Under the pieces are notes generated by a model. The model worked only from the letters and a program-made list of their open reading frames with translations, ran no database searches and was not told where the DNA came from. A stretch of DNA of 64,000 nucleotides from the NCBI GenBank assembly GCA_965112155.1, contig OZ218103.1; one strand, 5' to 3'. This document shows positions 26,945 to 40,561 of the stretch, one piece after another. The first letter of the stretch is position 1. Every line of letters begins with the position of its first letter. Origin of the DNA: Podarcis liolepis (taxonomy: Eukaryota). A program made the translations under genes and the position numbers.

Positions 26945-27656
26945 TGCGGCAAGTATTAGAAATCACCCCAGAATTGGCCCTACTAAACATCTTCCAAGAT
27001 GACAATGCCCACTTACACCACAAAGAACTCATAACCCACCTACTCTCAGCAGCCAGAAACATCATAACCAGACACCGGAGAGACCTGTCAGGAGTAAGCA
27101 TGGACCAATGGTACCAAATAATATGGGAAACTGCCTTACTAGAAAAATTAACCAATAAACTGAAACTGACACAGGGACAAATAGAAGAAGACTCCTTCAC
27201 CCTGGTATGGCTCCCCTTTATCACATACACAACCCAAGAAGACAACAACAAAAATCAATATGGCATACAAATCCATAGGGCTAACCTGATCCAAAACACA
27301 CACACACACACACCACTCACACATGAAAACAAAGACCACCACAGCCAACCACAAATGAGCAGCCACACCCTATGCCAACCCCAACCTCTCCCACCACCAA
27401 AGGAACACAAGTGAACAGCAGAGAACCTGCACAAGCAACGCTGACACAAAAGCCCACATATAGTAAGTAAAATAGAAACATCTCCACCCGACCCCACCCC
27501 CACTCATCTTTTCCCCCTCTACCTCCTTCCCCCTTTTCTTCCTAATGTCTCAACAAATGAAACTGATTTGTTAAAAAAAAAGTTACATAAAGAAATATAT
27601 TGCGCACACCTCTGTAAATCAAGAAAATCTTTAATAAAAATACATTTTAAAAAAAC
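26945..27656 (+). mobile_element. L1-clade LINE 3' fragment (ORF2 C-terminus, 3' UTR, poly-A)
   Basis: Encodes ELALLNIFQ...ITHLLSAARNIITR...QWYQIIWETALLEKLT...WLPFITY. C/A-rich UTR, then aataaa and an A tail. Confidence 0.7.
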
Positions 27657-27871
27657 TAGAAGAGGGTTAAATCTTATCTTGATGCGGCTTAAAAAAAACC
27701 CCTTCATTTGTTAATTTCTACAGCTCAAAGAACTGCTAGAGGCTGCCAGGGTGTCTGGCCCCACCAACCTGTCGAAGTGGCCTTTGTGGGCAGGGGGAGG
27801 TCAGGATCTAAGCCACTGACTGGATCTAGTTCCCCAGACCTGGTTAAAAGAAGAAGAAACCTCCATTTAAA

Positions 27872-28520
27872 GTATTTTTCGCTCCACAAGACGCACTTTT
27901 TTCCTCTTAAAATCTATGGGGAAATGTCTGTGTGTCTTGTGGAGCGAATGTGTGGTCCCTGGGGCTGGGGGGGATGGGACCCGGGCTTCCCCCGCCAGCC
28001 CCACAAGCTCGGGGAGCAGCGGGAAGGCTGTATCCTGCCTTTCTGCCGCTCCCTGACCTGCTCTTTGAGGCTGGCAGTGGGGGAAAGCCAGGCTTCCCCC
28101 ACCGCCAGCCCTGGGGAGCAGGTCCAAAGGAGCTCCGGAGGCTTCAGGGTTGCCTTCACTGAAGCCTGGAGAGCAAGAGGGGTTGGTGCACACCGACCCC
28201 TCTTGCCCTCCAGGCTTCCAAGGTAGCCGCCTGAAGCCTCCAGAGCGCAACAGGAGCTCCCGCTGCGCTCCAGAGGCTTCGGCTTCCTTTCGCTGAAGCC
28301 TGGAGAGCAGGAACTCCCACCATGCTCCGGAGGCTTCGGGTTGCCTTCACTGAAGGCCACTGAACGCACCTTGTTTTAGAGGGGGAGAAAAAGGGGAAAA
28401 ATTCTCCCCCTCTCTGCGCAGCGTCCCTTCAGCGAAGCGGCAGGAGAAATGGAAGGGGCTCCATTTTCCCTTGTTCTCCCTCTCTAAAACAAGGTGTGTC
28501 CTATGGAGCGAAAAACACGG
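27872..28520. mobile_element. pogo/Tigger-like non-autonomous element, GC-rich
   Basis: Ends gtatttttcgctcca / tggagcgaaaaacacgg|TA, related to the element at 37358-37522. Confidence 0.75.
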
Positions 28521-30496
28521 TAAATGGTAAAGCCAAGTTCAGCAAGTTCAAGGGTAACCCTTGGAACTGTTGGCCGATGGCCATCTAGACTTGGCATTGC
28601 AGCTTTAAAATTGTACCACATTGCGAACCGACTTAATTTGCAGTTTCTAAAAGAATACTTGGACTCAAATGTAGCTACCCTTTGGAATTTACACTTCTCC
28701 ACTAATTCTATTATTAGGATTTGAAATAAAGTGAACTGGTTATTTAACTGGCTAGAATTACGCCACAGCCAGCTGTTTCAGCATTTTGTATTTAAATATA
28801 GTTCTTCTAATTTTAGGCTGAGATAGCTGGTTCCCACAGGCTGGAACTAAATGATATTGGATGAGTTATTTCTTTAAAAGAATGAAAGTGAGGGTCACAA
28901 ACAACTGGGTATTTCCTTCCACTCCTTGTTCTGACAGTTCAAATCACTATTTTATTCTATTTTTAAGGGTGTCCAAGTGCAGTGGAGGACAGAACTCCCA
29001 TCGACTGATGAGAGCTGTAGTTCTGCAACATGTGGAGGACCACTTTTGACCTAAGTAGACTGGGAGATGGATAATGCTTCCTTAGGGCAAGAGGCACTGT
29101 TGTCCATATTATAATGGCAGGCTTACTTTCATAAACCTTGACCTAAAAAGGAAATAAGACCAGAGTGCTTACAGCAGGGATGGGGCCCTCCAGATGTTTA
29201 ATTACAGCTCTCATTATACCTGACATCTTGCTGGCTGGGTCTGAGGCCAGCAGATCCCCATAATAGACCACCATCCAAATACGGCTGCAATCCTAATCAC
29301 ACTTATTTGGGACTATGCCTTCCTAAACTCAACAGGACTTCTTCTGCCTAAATATGCATATGATTACTCTGTAAGTCTGTTTTCTCCTCCACCGTGGACA
29401 TCAGCCCAGGTTTTTCTCCCTCTTTCCTTCCCTCATCCACATTCTTTCGCCCTCAACATTCGGCTTGATGGAGGGTTTTGGAGAACTCAAAATCTTGCTC
29501 ATAGTTTTGTGACATTTTGGGTGGTCTGAACGAAAGAACTGCGCAACGGGATTATGAAATGCTTCCAACATGCCAACCGACAGAACTTCCTAAGCTTTCC
29601 CAGTGTAAAAGTGGAGACGAACAAGAAAATGATATCCGATGATGGGTCACTAAGATCTTTAATAAAATATACCATATGCATCCCATGCATAAATATAAAA
29701 TTACTATTGTACATGCTTTTTGATGATCTTGTTGCATAACAGTTTTCCTTAGCATATTTAACTGGCATCTAATATCAAGTACATTTTGCTACCCGGCGAT
29801 ATTGAGGAGCAAATGGGTACTCCTGTATTCAAGTATCTGTAGCATCCTTCTTCAGCAATTCCATCTCACAACAATGAGCAAAGTCTGGACCACGAATGAC
29901 CCCATTTGCTTCTTAAGAATGGAAGACGATGGCTCTGATGTTTATGGCTAATGTATTCATGTCCATCATTGTGTTTCTCTTGGAGCCAGGATGAGGTGTG
30001 ATCTGATGTATTGCGCTGTAGTCTCTTGGCTTGAAAGGAATGGGGCAAAGCAACTGGTTTCAAGTCTTTCTTCAAAACCGAGCTACACGAAAGGTGGTTA
30101 AACACTTTACACATACAGACGTTTTTTAAAGTGCCCAGTTCCCTATTTAGGTCAGTAGGGTTGGTGTTTCTACATGTAGGAATAGGCATTAGCACGCACA
30201 TTAAGCAAAACATGAATTCAGAAACTTTACACACCATCTTACGAACATGTATGATGACCAGGGGCCTATGTTATTGGCTCATCTCTATGCTCTGAAATCT
30301 TTTGTGGCTGCTTTGGACAATCTGGGCCTTCAGGATCAAAGTAGACACAGTATCAAATGTGTATTTACATTTGAACAGCACGTTCTAGAAAATGCAAAAA
30401 GCCGCAGTGAGGTTGGGAGACAGGAGTTTAACACTTTCTTTGGAAAGTTCAAAATGGCTCCTTCAAAGCTGCAAATTGATTTGGAAGGAAAGTTCC

Positions 30497-30560
<64 letters not shown>
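30497..30560. repeat. (TAT)n microsatellite, ~21 units
   Basis: Directly visible. Confidence 0.97.
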
Positions 30561-33341
30561 TTCTTCTATACTGCCTTTCATCCGAGGATCACAGGGCGAT
30601 TTACAATATAAAAACACAAAATTGGTGCCCATGGGAGCTTTCTTCCCAATACAAACAGCAGCTTCAAGGGAACGATTTTAACCTGCATGCTGCAAATAAA
30701 CGTTTGATATTGAATCTAGTTTGCACCTAAGACATCCTTTGGGGTGATTTCACTCACACACTCACACCTACACACACACACATACATATACGGCCACAAT
30801 ATCAAACAGGACATGTGTATTTCCAACAGCCATCACTGATCAAATGCTATACAGGGAGCATTGTTCAGTGCTGCACCACCACTGGAAGAAACTGAAGAAA
30901 AGTTAAAAAGCAGAAGACATGTCTGCTTATTTACTATCCATTTCAATTCCTCCCAGATGCTCAGATCACAATGCTTTTCTAAGGGGACAGTTCACGTGTC
31001 TAGTTGATGCACACTCAGGAGTGATTCAGTTTCACTTTCTTGGTTACACACAGAGAGAAAAACAAAAAATAAACTGAGGCTGCAGTCTTAAACCTACTCA
31101 CCAAATGAGCAAGCCCCACTGAATTCAATTCAGACTTACTTCTAGTCACCCTATTGTGCTGTTAGCACGCTGTCATTTTTAGCAAAGTGAAAATGGGGTA
31201 TGGGTGCCAGGAAAAAGCAGCAATGCGAAAGCCAGCTGCAGGTGTCTGGAATGCAAAACAGGATGTTGATGTCTGGGACTGTACTATTGGAACAAAGGGG
31301 CAGTCTATTCACTGTACTGAGCACCGGATGTTAGCTCAGAGTGTCATCTGACCTGTACTGGAAGTACAGGGGTGGAGTTTCTTGCTCTACTGTTGGAGGC
31401 TGGAGAGTGCAGACCTGTTTCTCTGTACTGCTGCAATGACAGAAATAAAAGCATGCAAATAGATTTCTGTCTGTCTCTTTCCCCCTCCCTGAGGGAAGCA
31501 GGGAGGAAGGAGTTGGTGTGTCCCTCTCACGCTGAGTGGGATCGCTGATAGGACCTTGCCTGTATCCTGCCGGGAGACGCAGACGGGAAGGTCAACTAGG
31601 ATCTCAAGCCGAATGCCTGGAGAATGGCCAGTTACCTCTGACTGCGGCTGAGAATCCGACAGTGGGGACAGAAACAAGCAGCAAAAAAAAAAAAAAACCA
31701 TTATTAGCAGAAACCTCCATATAAAGAATGACGAAAAGCCACACAGGAAACATCAACTAGTTTTTCACTTACATTTAAATCTTGCCTTGCTTTCTTACTC
31801 AGAGCTGAATTAGCTGCACAAACTCTCCCTTAAGTTACAGCGAGAGCTGGTGACTTACCAAAAACACCAGCCAAGTTTCATATCTGAAAGGAATTTAAGT
31901 CTGGATCCAACTTTTCCTGCCATTCTAGCTACTATAGTGCCATGTACACAGATAAAATGGATTCAATGGGATTGTAATACTATGCATTTGCTAGGGTACG
32001 TCCCTTTGAATTCACTGAGGCTTACTTCCACACAAACATGCATCATGGCTGGGTTGTAAATAATTTCTGTTTTGGAAAAGCATGCTGTTGAACCTAAATT
32101 CTGGTTTTAAATAAAAGGACTGGGAGGAGAGTACAGAAAGGACCTTCTTGCATATGCTTCCCTTCCTTCTCCAGAGAAGCTCACCTGTTGCTGATATTAA
32201 CAAATTTTCTGCACCAGGCAAAAACCTTTTTAGTTCCCCTTCTAACATCTGCAAGTTTTAATGTTATTATCGTTTCTGTTTTATAACTTGCCTTTTGTGG
32301 TTTTCCAATGTAATGCTTTCTCCCTCATAAACCACCTCAGAAAGATTTATTGAAGGCCATCATATAAATTCTGAAAATAAGCAAAATAAAATCAGAGCAG
32401 GGGACAGATTTGTCTGACTGTCAGATGAGATATAATGGCCAGTTTGCTAGCTAGCTGCAAATGGGACCAGACAAACGCCAAATTACCGTAAGAAAGATTC
32501 TTTCAGGTCTCTAATGATTGTGCTCAGACCATTGGATGTTTGGCTCTGAATCACTCCAATTCAGTCCATTCTCCCCATGTGGCCCTTTCAGGTTGAATTT
32601 TCCATCTCAGCAGTAAGAGTATCTGTAAACATTCCATAGCATCACATAAGCTCAGTTAAAGGGCAGTGTTTTGGCCTCTAATGTTTTAAGAACCTGTGCC
32701 ATCGTAGCAACCCAGTCACTGATAAGGGACAGCTCACTAACTCAGTTGGCTTAAGCACGCCTGTGTTTAAGCCTTAATCATAATCATGTGCACGGAACTG
32801 AATATTTGCCATTCTGCAAATATTATCAGTTCTCTCTCTCCCACTTCTGATTACCCAGCAAACCTAGATAAAGGACGTATGTGGTCCTCTTTGTTCAATT
32901 ACACCAAAGGTGAACGGCTTGCATTTGTTCATGAAAACGCAGCCTTGGCGCTCAAAGCTCTTATGCTGATGGAAGGAGAGGAACTAAAGCAATTTTCATC
33001 ATTATAAAGAAGAATGGCAATGGCATTCTGAACTCCAGTGCTTGCCCTGATTGGTTCTAATCTTGGAAGAGGAAGGCTCCGAGATCATTAGATCAGCCCT
33101 CAGTTATCAATATTGCAGCTTAATGCAGTTTTTGGCAACTAGGGCAACACAGAACTCAGGCAACACAGAAGCTTGAATTCCTCTTGACTTTTCTCACCTC
33201 TTCCCTCTTCTTAGCACTCACAGCTCTGGGAGCCAGAGGCATTAGCTTGCCTGCTTATGACGCCTGCTGATCTGGGGAGGCCACTCATTGGAAACCACTG
33301 AGATTTCCTCCCCACCTTTGTTTTGTTAAAGGGTAGACCAG

Positions 33342-33605
33342 GACAGATCCTGAAGCTGAGGCTCCAGTACTTTGGCCACCTCATGAGAAGAGAAGACTCC
33401 CTGGAAAAGACCCTGATGTTGGGAAAGATGGAGGGCACAAGGAGAAGGGGACGACAGAGGACGAGATGGTTGGACAGTGTTCTCGAAGCTACCAGCATGA
33501 GTTTGACCAAACTGCGGGAGGCAGTGGAAGACAGAAGTGCCTGGCGTGCTCTGGTCCATGGGGTCATGAAGAGTCGGACACGACTAAACGACTAAACAAC
33601 AACAA
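33342..33605 (+). mobile_element. Bov-B LINE 3' fragment
   Basis: Bov-B C-terminal peptide and (caa)n tail. TSD agaccag at 33335-33341 and 33606-33612. Confidence 0.9.
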
Positions 33606-34254
33606 AGACCAGCCTTTCCCAACCTGGTGCAACTCCAGATGTTTTGGAGTACGACTCCCATCAGCTCTAGCCAACACAGCTGTGCAGTATGTTGTCTGTG
33701 ACTGATGGGAATTCTCGAGACAAACATCTGGAATGCATTAACTTAGGGAAGGAAGGGGTAGACAGAAAGTCACATGTGTAGCATGTGTGCATTTGACGGC
33801 ACCACAGCCCCGTCACAGGAATGGCCAATCACACACTATTGTCACTTGATGGAACCCTGGTCATAAGAAGAGATCTGCCGGATTAGACCAAGAGGTCCAA
33901 CTAAAACAGGGTCCTATTTCCCACTGTAACTAGTCAGGAGCCTCTGGGAAGCCCACAAACAGCAGATTTTCTAGTTGGTGGCAGGCAATAATCAAGCTTT
34001 AATAGAGCATCAAGTCCACTGACCTCAATATTGTCTACACTGACGGGCAGCAGCTCTTCTAGCAGGCTTCTTTCCCTGCCTGACCTGGAAATACTGGAAA
34101 TTGAACCTAGGACCTTCTGCCATGCAAAGCAGATGTCCTGCTACTGAGGAAAGTTTTTAATGTCTGATGATTTATGGTGTTTCTGTATATGCTGGAAGCC
34201 ACCAAGAGTGGCTGGGGCAACCCAATCAGGTGGGTGGGATACAAACAATAAATT

Positions 34255-34297
34255 TTATTACTACTATTACTATTACTATTACTATTACTATTACTAT
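34255..34297. repeat. (TACTAT)n microsatellite
   Basis: Directly visible. Confidence 0.9.
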
Positions 34298-34413
34298 GTT
34301 GCTTCACTGTTGCTTACCACCACCCGGCACCCAAAGGCATACCTGTCACCATAAGGGGAAAATAACACTTATTTGTGAGGGACTGAGAAATATGTGGAGG
34401 TATTTTGAGGAAC

Positions 34414-34627
34414 CTCATGAGAAGAGAAGACTCCCTGGAAAAGACCCAGATGTTAGGAAAGATGGAGGGCACAAGGAGAAGGGGACGACAGAGGACGAGA
34501 TGGTTGGATAGTGTTCTCGAAGCTACGAACATGAGTTTGACCAAGCTGCAGGAGGAAGTGGAAGACAGAAGTGCCTGGCGTGCTCTGGTCCATGGGATCA
34601 CGAAGAGCCGGACATGACTAAACAACA
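34414..34627 (+). mobile_element. Bov-B LINE 3' fragment
   Basis: Encodes LMRREDSLEKT... TSD attttgaggaac at 34402-34413 and 34628-34639. Confidence 0.9.
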
Positions 34628-34676
34628 ATTTTGAGGAACAAGGGCCTAAGGGTTTAAAGCATTTATTTGTTTAGGG

Positions 34677-34819
34677 CAGGGGTGAGAAACCTGTGGCCAC
34701 CTCAGATGTTGCAGGACTACAGCTCCCATCAGCCGCAGCCAGCATGGCCAGTGGTCAGTCAGAGATGATGGGAGTTGTAGTCCATCAACATGTGGAGGGC
34801 CAAAAATTCCTCATCCCTG
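34677..34819. mobile_element. Palindromic hAT MITE
   Basis: cagggg...ccctg termini. 8-bp TSD gtttaggg at 34669-34676 and 34820-34827. Confidence 0.85.
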
Positions 34820-37213
34820 GTTTAGGGAAGGAAAGCTTCCTTCCCGTTTCCAGGATTGCCTACAGGTGCAAAGTAATGACAAAGAACATGCCACCTTTGC
34901 TGTCCAGAGGAACCTACTTTACCCCAATGCATATATATGCATTTGCTTCGGGAGCTAAAAGGAAAAGCAAGAAGTGGTGTACCTTCGCTTGGAGGGGACA
35001 GGCTTCCTCCTCCTTTACAATGATCAATATTGTCACAGTCCCCTGAATTGTCTTTCCACATCCAACCTTTTCTTCCTTTGTGCAGCCTTGCAAGTGATTT
35101 CACAACAGTTACTACCCCATAAAAAAGTGTTGCTGCCTAGTTTCATTTGTAGCACTTCAGCAGCAGTAGAGAAAAAGACAATAAACCAACCCTTTCCCAT
35201 TTACCAAAGCATCTCTTGGCTGGTTGCCTGGAGACCATTTTTAATTGCTATAGGCAACGAGGCAAGTGCCTGTTTCAAAGGACTGCTTTTGTGCTGGTGG
35301 AGGAGGAGATGGATAAGCAGAATCACTTCTACTACGACGGAGCTCTGCTGCTGAATCGGGACAACAGAAACTTCCTTAGTTATCGTAAGTTGAGTTCATG
35401 GCCATTTACTTTTTGACGCTGAAAGGCAAGTGATTGTGGCAGAAGATGTTTGATTACAAAGCAATCGGCACTGGAGAGAGTTCTAGTTATATTGAGGTCA
35501 AGCAGCATAGCTCTCCAAGCCAGGGCACTGAGCACACAACTAGACATGAAGTGGGAAATCAGTGATGATGGATCTTCCATTTTTAAAGTTAATAGTGGCT
35601 CCGGGGCCTCTTAAACGTGAAGTCAAACCAGCCATTTCCCAAAGTTATTATGGGTTATTGGAGGGAAGATATACAAGTACGAAGTGGTACCCAAGTTAAT
35701 AGTGAACCGAGAGTGGACAAGTTTTGTTATTAGATGCATTACGACTGTGTTAATTGGGCAATTACAAAAGGCGTCCACTAAATTGCCTGCTTCGGTATCA
35801 CTGAGCAGGGACTATGCAAGCCTTCTAACTACTATCGGTGCCTACTTTCTCTCAAGATGCTGTAGAAATGCACTGGGGGGGGGGAATACATAGCACGCTC
35901 ACAGCAATTGCTTCTCTGAAGGCATTTGGAGGAGGTCTGAATTGGCCCCGATAGAGGAAGGGATTTCTCAGAAGAACATACCAAATGAGCCAGCATTACA
36001 AACGGGCACTGAAAGCCATTCCCGAGCCATTCCAGACAAAAACAGCCCGAGGCTCTGGTGAGTTGTGTTAATATGGATATAATTCAGCCAGGTTCATGGA
36101 GGTGCTCAAGCCAGATGTAATAAACGGCAGGGTGGGGTGGGGCTTTTATCTCTCAGCTGAAGGTGCTTTAAGAAGTTGGCCGTCTTCCTTACTGAGCCTG
36201 AGCAAATGAAAGGCAGAAGACTGAGGCAAACAAAGCACTATAGACTTCTCCAGAGGAAAAAAATGAAGAGGTGTTTCCTCACTCCTTCCTCACAACCACC
36301 ATGATTGGACTTATCTACAGATCCTTCCCCTATAAGATTCTGCAGCATTTGTCACAGAGAATGAGGTTGGCAACCGCAGTAGCACTAGACAACACTACAG
36401 AACCCTGATCAAACTCCTGCTTTGTTTAATAACAGGAGGATGTGTCTACAGTTTACCCATGAAAGATCTACTAATGCCATTATATATAAAGCATAACTTC
36501 AAAAAACCTCATATGCTGACATAAGTAATGACCTTTGACCTTGGGTTCCCGGATGTTGATGGACTACAACACCCATCATCCTTGACTATTGACTAAACAG
36601 GCTGAGGATGATGGGGGTTGTAGTCCAGCAACATCCAGGGACCCAAGGTTGAAGAACACTGTGCTAGTTTGGGATAGTTCGAGCGATCTTGCTGTAGTCC
36701 ATAGCGTCTGAAGAGCAGCATGTTGCCTACCTCTGGTGTAAGAGACAGGGTCTTTCTGGTGGTGGTGCCCATAATTTGGAACAGGCACCTGAGAAAATTG
36801 GCTTTCAACAGACACCAAATGCTGTTCTAATGAAACAGACCTTCCCTGGGTTCACATTTTTATGCTTTTAAGTTAAGATTTGTCCAATGCTGATTTTGGT
36901 ATCGATATTTGTGTTGCGGTCTTTTTGTGATGATATTGTTGCTGCTGTTGCTATTATATATGTATTGTTCTTGTGAGCTGTCCTGAAGGAATTTTTAGGG
37001 AAATGCAATAAAAACACATCTCTCTGCTGCCTCTGCCCCCTCACAATGCCTATGACAGCAGTCTCTCACATCAAATGTAATTGTCCTGTAGAAAGGACTC
37101 TATGAATTGAAAACAGAGATATTGTATGTACCTTTGTTATCCATGAAAATATTTCAATAAAAATTTGAGAACTAGTTTCTCCATTTCCCATTCTTTTTGC
37201 AATTTGCATAAGG

Positions 37214-37318
37214 TAAGGTTACCAGACAGTCCCCAGATTTACATATCAGTCCCCATACAAAATCCACTGAAGTTGAAAAGTGTCCCCAGATTCACTAAAA
37301 AAAAAGCTGGTAACCTTA
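37214..37318. mobile_element. hAT (Ac-like) MITE
   Basis: TIR taaggttaccag/ctggtaacctta. TSD gcataag(g/a). Confidence 0.75.
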
Positions 37319-37357
37319 GCATAAGAGCCATTTCACATACGTGGCAGGGAACCTACC

Positions 37358-37522
37358 CCGTATTTTTCGCTCTATAACACGCACCCGACCATAACACGCA
37401 CGTAGTTTTTAGAGGAGGAAAATCCGTAGGCATGCCACCCATAGGCATTCCCTCCATAACACGCACAGACATTTCCCCTTACTTTTTAGGAGGAAAAAAG
37501 TGTTATGGTGCAAAAAATACGG
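37358..37522. mobile_element. pogo/Tigger-like MITE
   Basis: ccgtatttttc...aaaaaatacgg|TA, with three ataacacgcac repeats. Confidence 0.8.
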
Positions 37523-40500
37523 TAGCTTTCTCAGCAAGTCTACAGTCGACAGGAATGAGCACCCAATTCCAGTTCTATTGTATTGCATATTTCCAAATAC
37601 TTATATTTTAAGGACTAGACCTATGTAGCATGTGACTACCAGTAAGAGAAATGCTCAATAAGGGTGTGTTGGGTCGGTAGGTTTTTTCCTCTCTCCACAT
37701 TTTGCGGTGATGTAACAACCAGAGGTTGTGTGGGGTAGAGAGAGATTATAATGGAAGGCAACACAGCAGGCATTCTTTGTCTTACGCTTCACAAAGTGGC
37801 ATCTTAAACAGCCCGAGAGACTGTGTCAGGAAAGTAAATAGGAATTTGGTTTGTAATCTTCTAGAGGGTGCTAAAATGATATTAGCAAATAACTGGGAAC
37901 CCAATGTAATGCACACCCCTCTGTGTCAGAAAACGAACAAATTAACTGCTTTAATTAAAATGAGATCCGGTAGCGCTAAGCTGATTTTTGTTTTGGAAGA
38001 CAGGGGAAAAGAGCTTTATTCAAATGAGAAGCATCTAAGAATGAATGTACTTATACATGTTTTATGAAGTGTTGCCAGCTTAATGAGGTTTTATATGCAT
38101 AGGTTTTATATGCACAGGAGGGGTTAAAGGTCTATGTCATGTGTGGTATGTCTCTGGATGTGCATGTTATACACTGCACGCTTTACTTAATGTTACTTTT
38201 AAACACATTCCTCATCAGATCATTGTTCCACCTAGCTCAGCATGCTCTCACTGACCGGCAGCTGCTATGCGAGGTTTCAGAAAGGACTCTGTCCCAATCC
38301 GAACAGGAGGTGCCAGGGAAATTTGCCCACAAAAAAACACGGCCTGTTCCACTGAGCTAGGGAATTCTGGCATGTTCGTTAAGCATTCTTTCTTTATCAG
38401 AAAGAGCCGTAATTCCGGCGTTTCGAAAAAAACGTGTGCAAAGACTCGCTTACATATTTATAAATGCATTGCATGTGTATTCCCCTTGAGAGTCATTCAG
38501 AAGGGAGTTTTGGGTTTATTGTTATTAATAATTCAATTTATACCCCCCCACCCATGTTCCCTAAATAGCCCCAGGGGGCATAATAGGACTGACAAGGAAT
38601 AACGGTGCCCCTTCATTTTTCAGGGGGGATACATTTGGGCAGATGCAGTTTCTTCTTCTGGGGCCATCAGCATATTTATTTCCTGGCTGCAACCCTTTAG
38701 GGAAGCACTGTCGCTCTTGGGCAGGTCACTTGCTTGGCATGCAGAAGGTCCAGGTTCTATCCCCAGCCATCTCCACAGAGGGCTGGGAGAAAGCCTGAAA
38801 TCCTGGGACTCTGCTTGCTAGTCAATGTGAACAATGGCTAGATGGAACAATGGCTCGACTCTGTTGTCAGCAAGCTTCCTGTTCCCTTTGCCTACTTCAG
38901 AAAGAGACCTCAGGGATTAAGAGAGCAGCTGGCAGGCAGGCAGGAACACTGGAAGAAAGTTCCTCCAGCTGCCTAGCACACAGGGAGCCGTGCTATTTGC
39001 CATTCACAGACTTTACGGTTGCGTTGCATCAGCATCCCCTGGGGTGTTCGTGGAAGGCTGTGCTTTTTGCCGCCTGGAGTAGGCCCTGAGCTCCGCAGCC
39101 TGCTCATCCCATAATAGTGACATTTCATTATCATCACATGCCCATGCCAGCAGAAGAATTCCCACATGCTCGGTGCAAAGCTCGCTGCTGAAGGGAAACT
39201 CCGCTAAATTAATTTGAATCCACCAGGAAAAACACTTGCGGGCCCCTAATAATTCTCCATTTTTCTTTGAACAGAGATCGATGATAGCGCATTGAGCAGT
39301 AGAGCACAGAGAACGAGAGACCCCACAGCAAGCCTGAGACGTACAAGGTACAAAGCAATTGGACCAAAATGGAACTTGCGTGCCAAAAGACTGGCTTGCA
39401 AAACTGAAATGGCTTGCTAATTTGCCCAAGCATTGGTACCTGTGTAATCTATCATTGGCCCTGTAGCGTCCAGAGGAAAATCGTGTTAGCTGCTGCAGTG
39501 CATTCTGGGTGCAGCAAGTGTAAAGGATTAGGTTATTGGGCCACAATCCTCACACCACCCACTATGAATTAACCCCAATAAACCAACAGGAATTCTTTAG
39601 TGATTCAAGGTTTGCAGTGCTAATCAGAACCCCCCAGTTTTCCTCAGGTTCCCCTGCTGGATTCCATCTTGGAAAAGGGTCCTCTTCCCTGAAGATCTTG
39701 TTTAACTTCTCTCAGACACACAACTACTAAAGACAAAAACAAAACAAAGGTCCGTGTCCACAATGGGATCCTAAAACAATTTGGGGGCTGCCATGCCAGA
39801 GTTATCATTGGCAGAGCTCTTGTAAGTGTTAAGTCTACCTTATAAGAGATGTTTCTGTTCTGATTAGCTTTAGAAACAGACCAGAGTAACTGCTGCCATT
39901 GATATTTTCAAAAGCGAAAGCTAGTCATTGCTTCTTCCTTCTCGTAGCCTTTGGTGAACCCAAAGATTCATTTGTTGTTTGCAACTAGCTCAGGCCAGGC
40001 TAATTAAACCTGCCCAATGCCTCCTCTAGTCCATTTTCAGATTGTTACAAATGGTAAAGTGTGGCATCTTCCCACCCTGTGCTTTCTTGCTTAACCTTCG
40101 CCTCAAAGGAGAGTTTTGCGTTCTTGGAAGCTTGCTCATTATCTTGTGGCATTTTCGTTGGCCCCAATGACAGTATTATGTTACTGCTGCTGTCCGAGCC
40201 TTATAATCATGTGTCAGTTATATAACACCTTGTGACCAATGAGAAGAAAACCCACTGCTATCCCCTTGCTATGGGCCATATTTTCTGCAGCTATATTTGC
40301 ATGGGTGCTATGGCTGTCCTGTCATGAGTGTATGGAGCCTAGCTGAAAGCTTTCTTCCACCTCCTCCTCCACTGAGACGAGGGATTCCCAATATGAGCAA
40401 AGTACTGGGAGAGGAACCATAATCAGAAATGAGGTAAACACATCTGCAGCTAAAACAAAAACCCCTTTAAGATAACCTGTGCCTATTCCAGCCATGTCTA

Positions 40501-40561
40501 CACAGCAGTATCAGCAGCCACATTTACACCATACATTCAGAGGGCTATGATGCCCCTGCGA

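Noticed and set aside
27708-28369. Overlapping 127-172 aa ORFs
   Set aside because: Stop-poor GC-rich MITE interior with no protein motifs.
30247-30730. Poly-Leu, poly-Tyr and poly-Asn ORFs
   Set aside because: Translations of the (TAT)n microsatellite.
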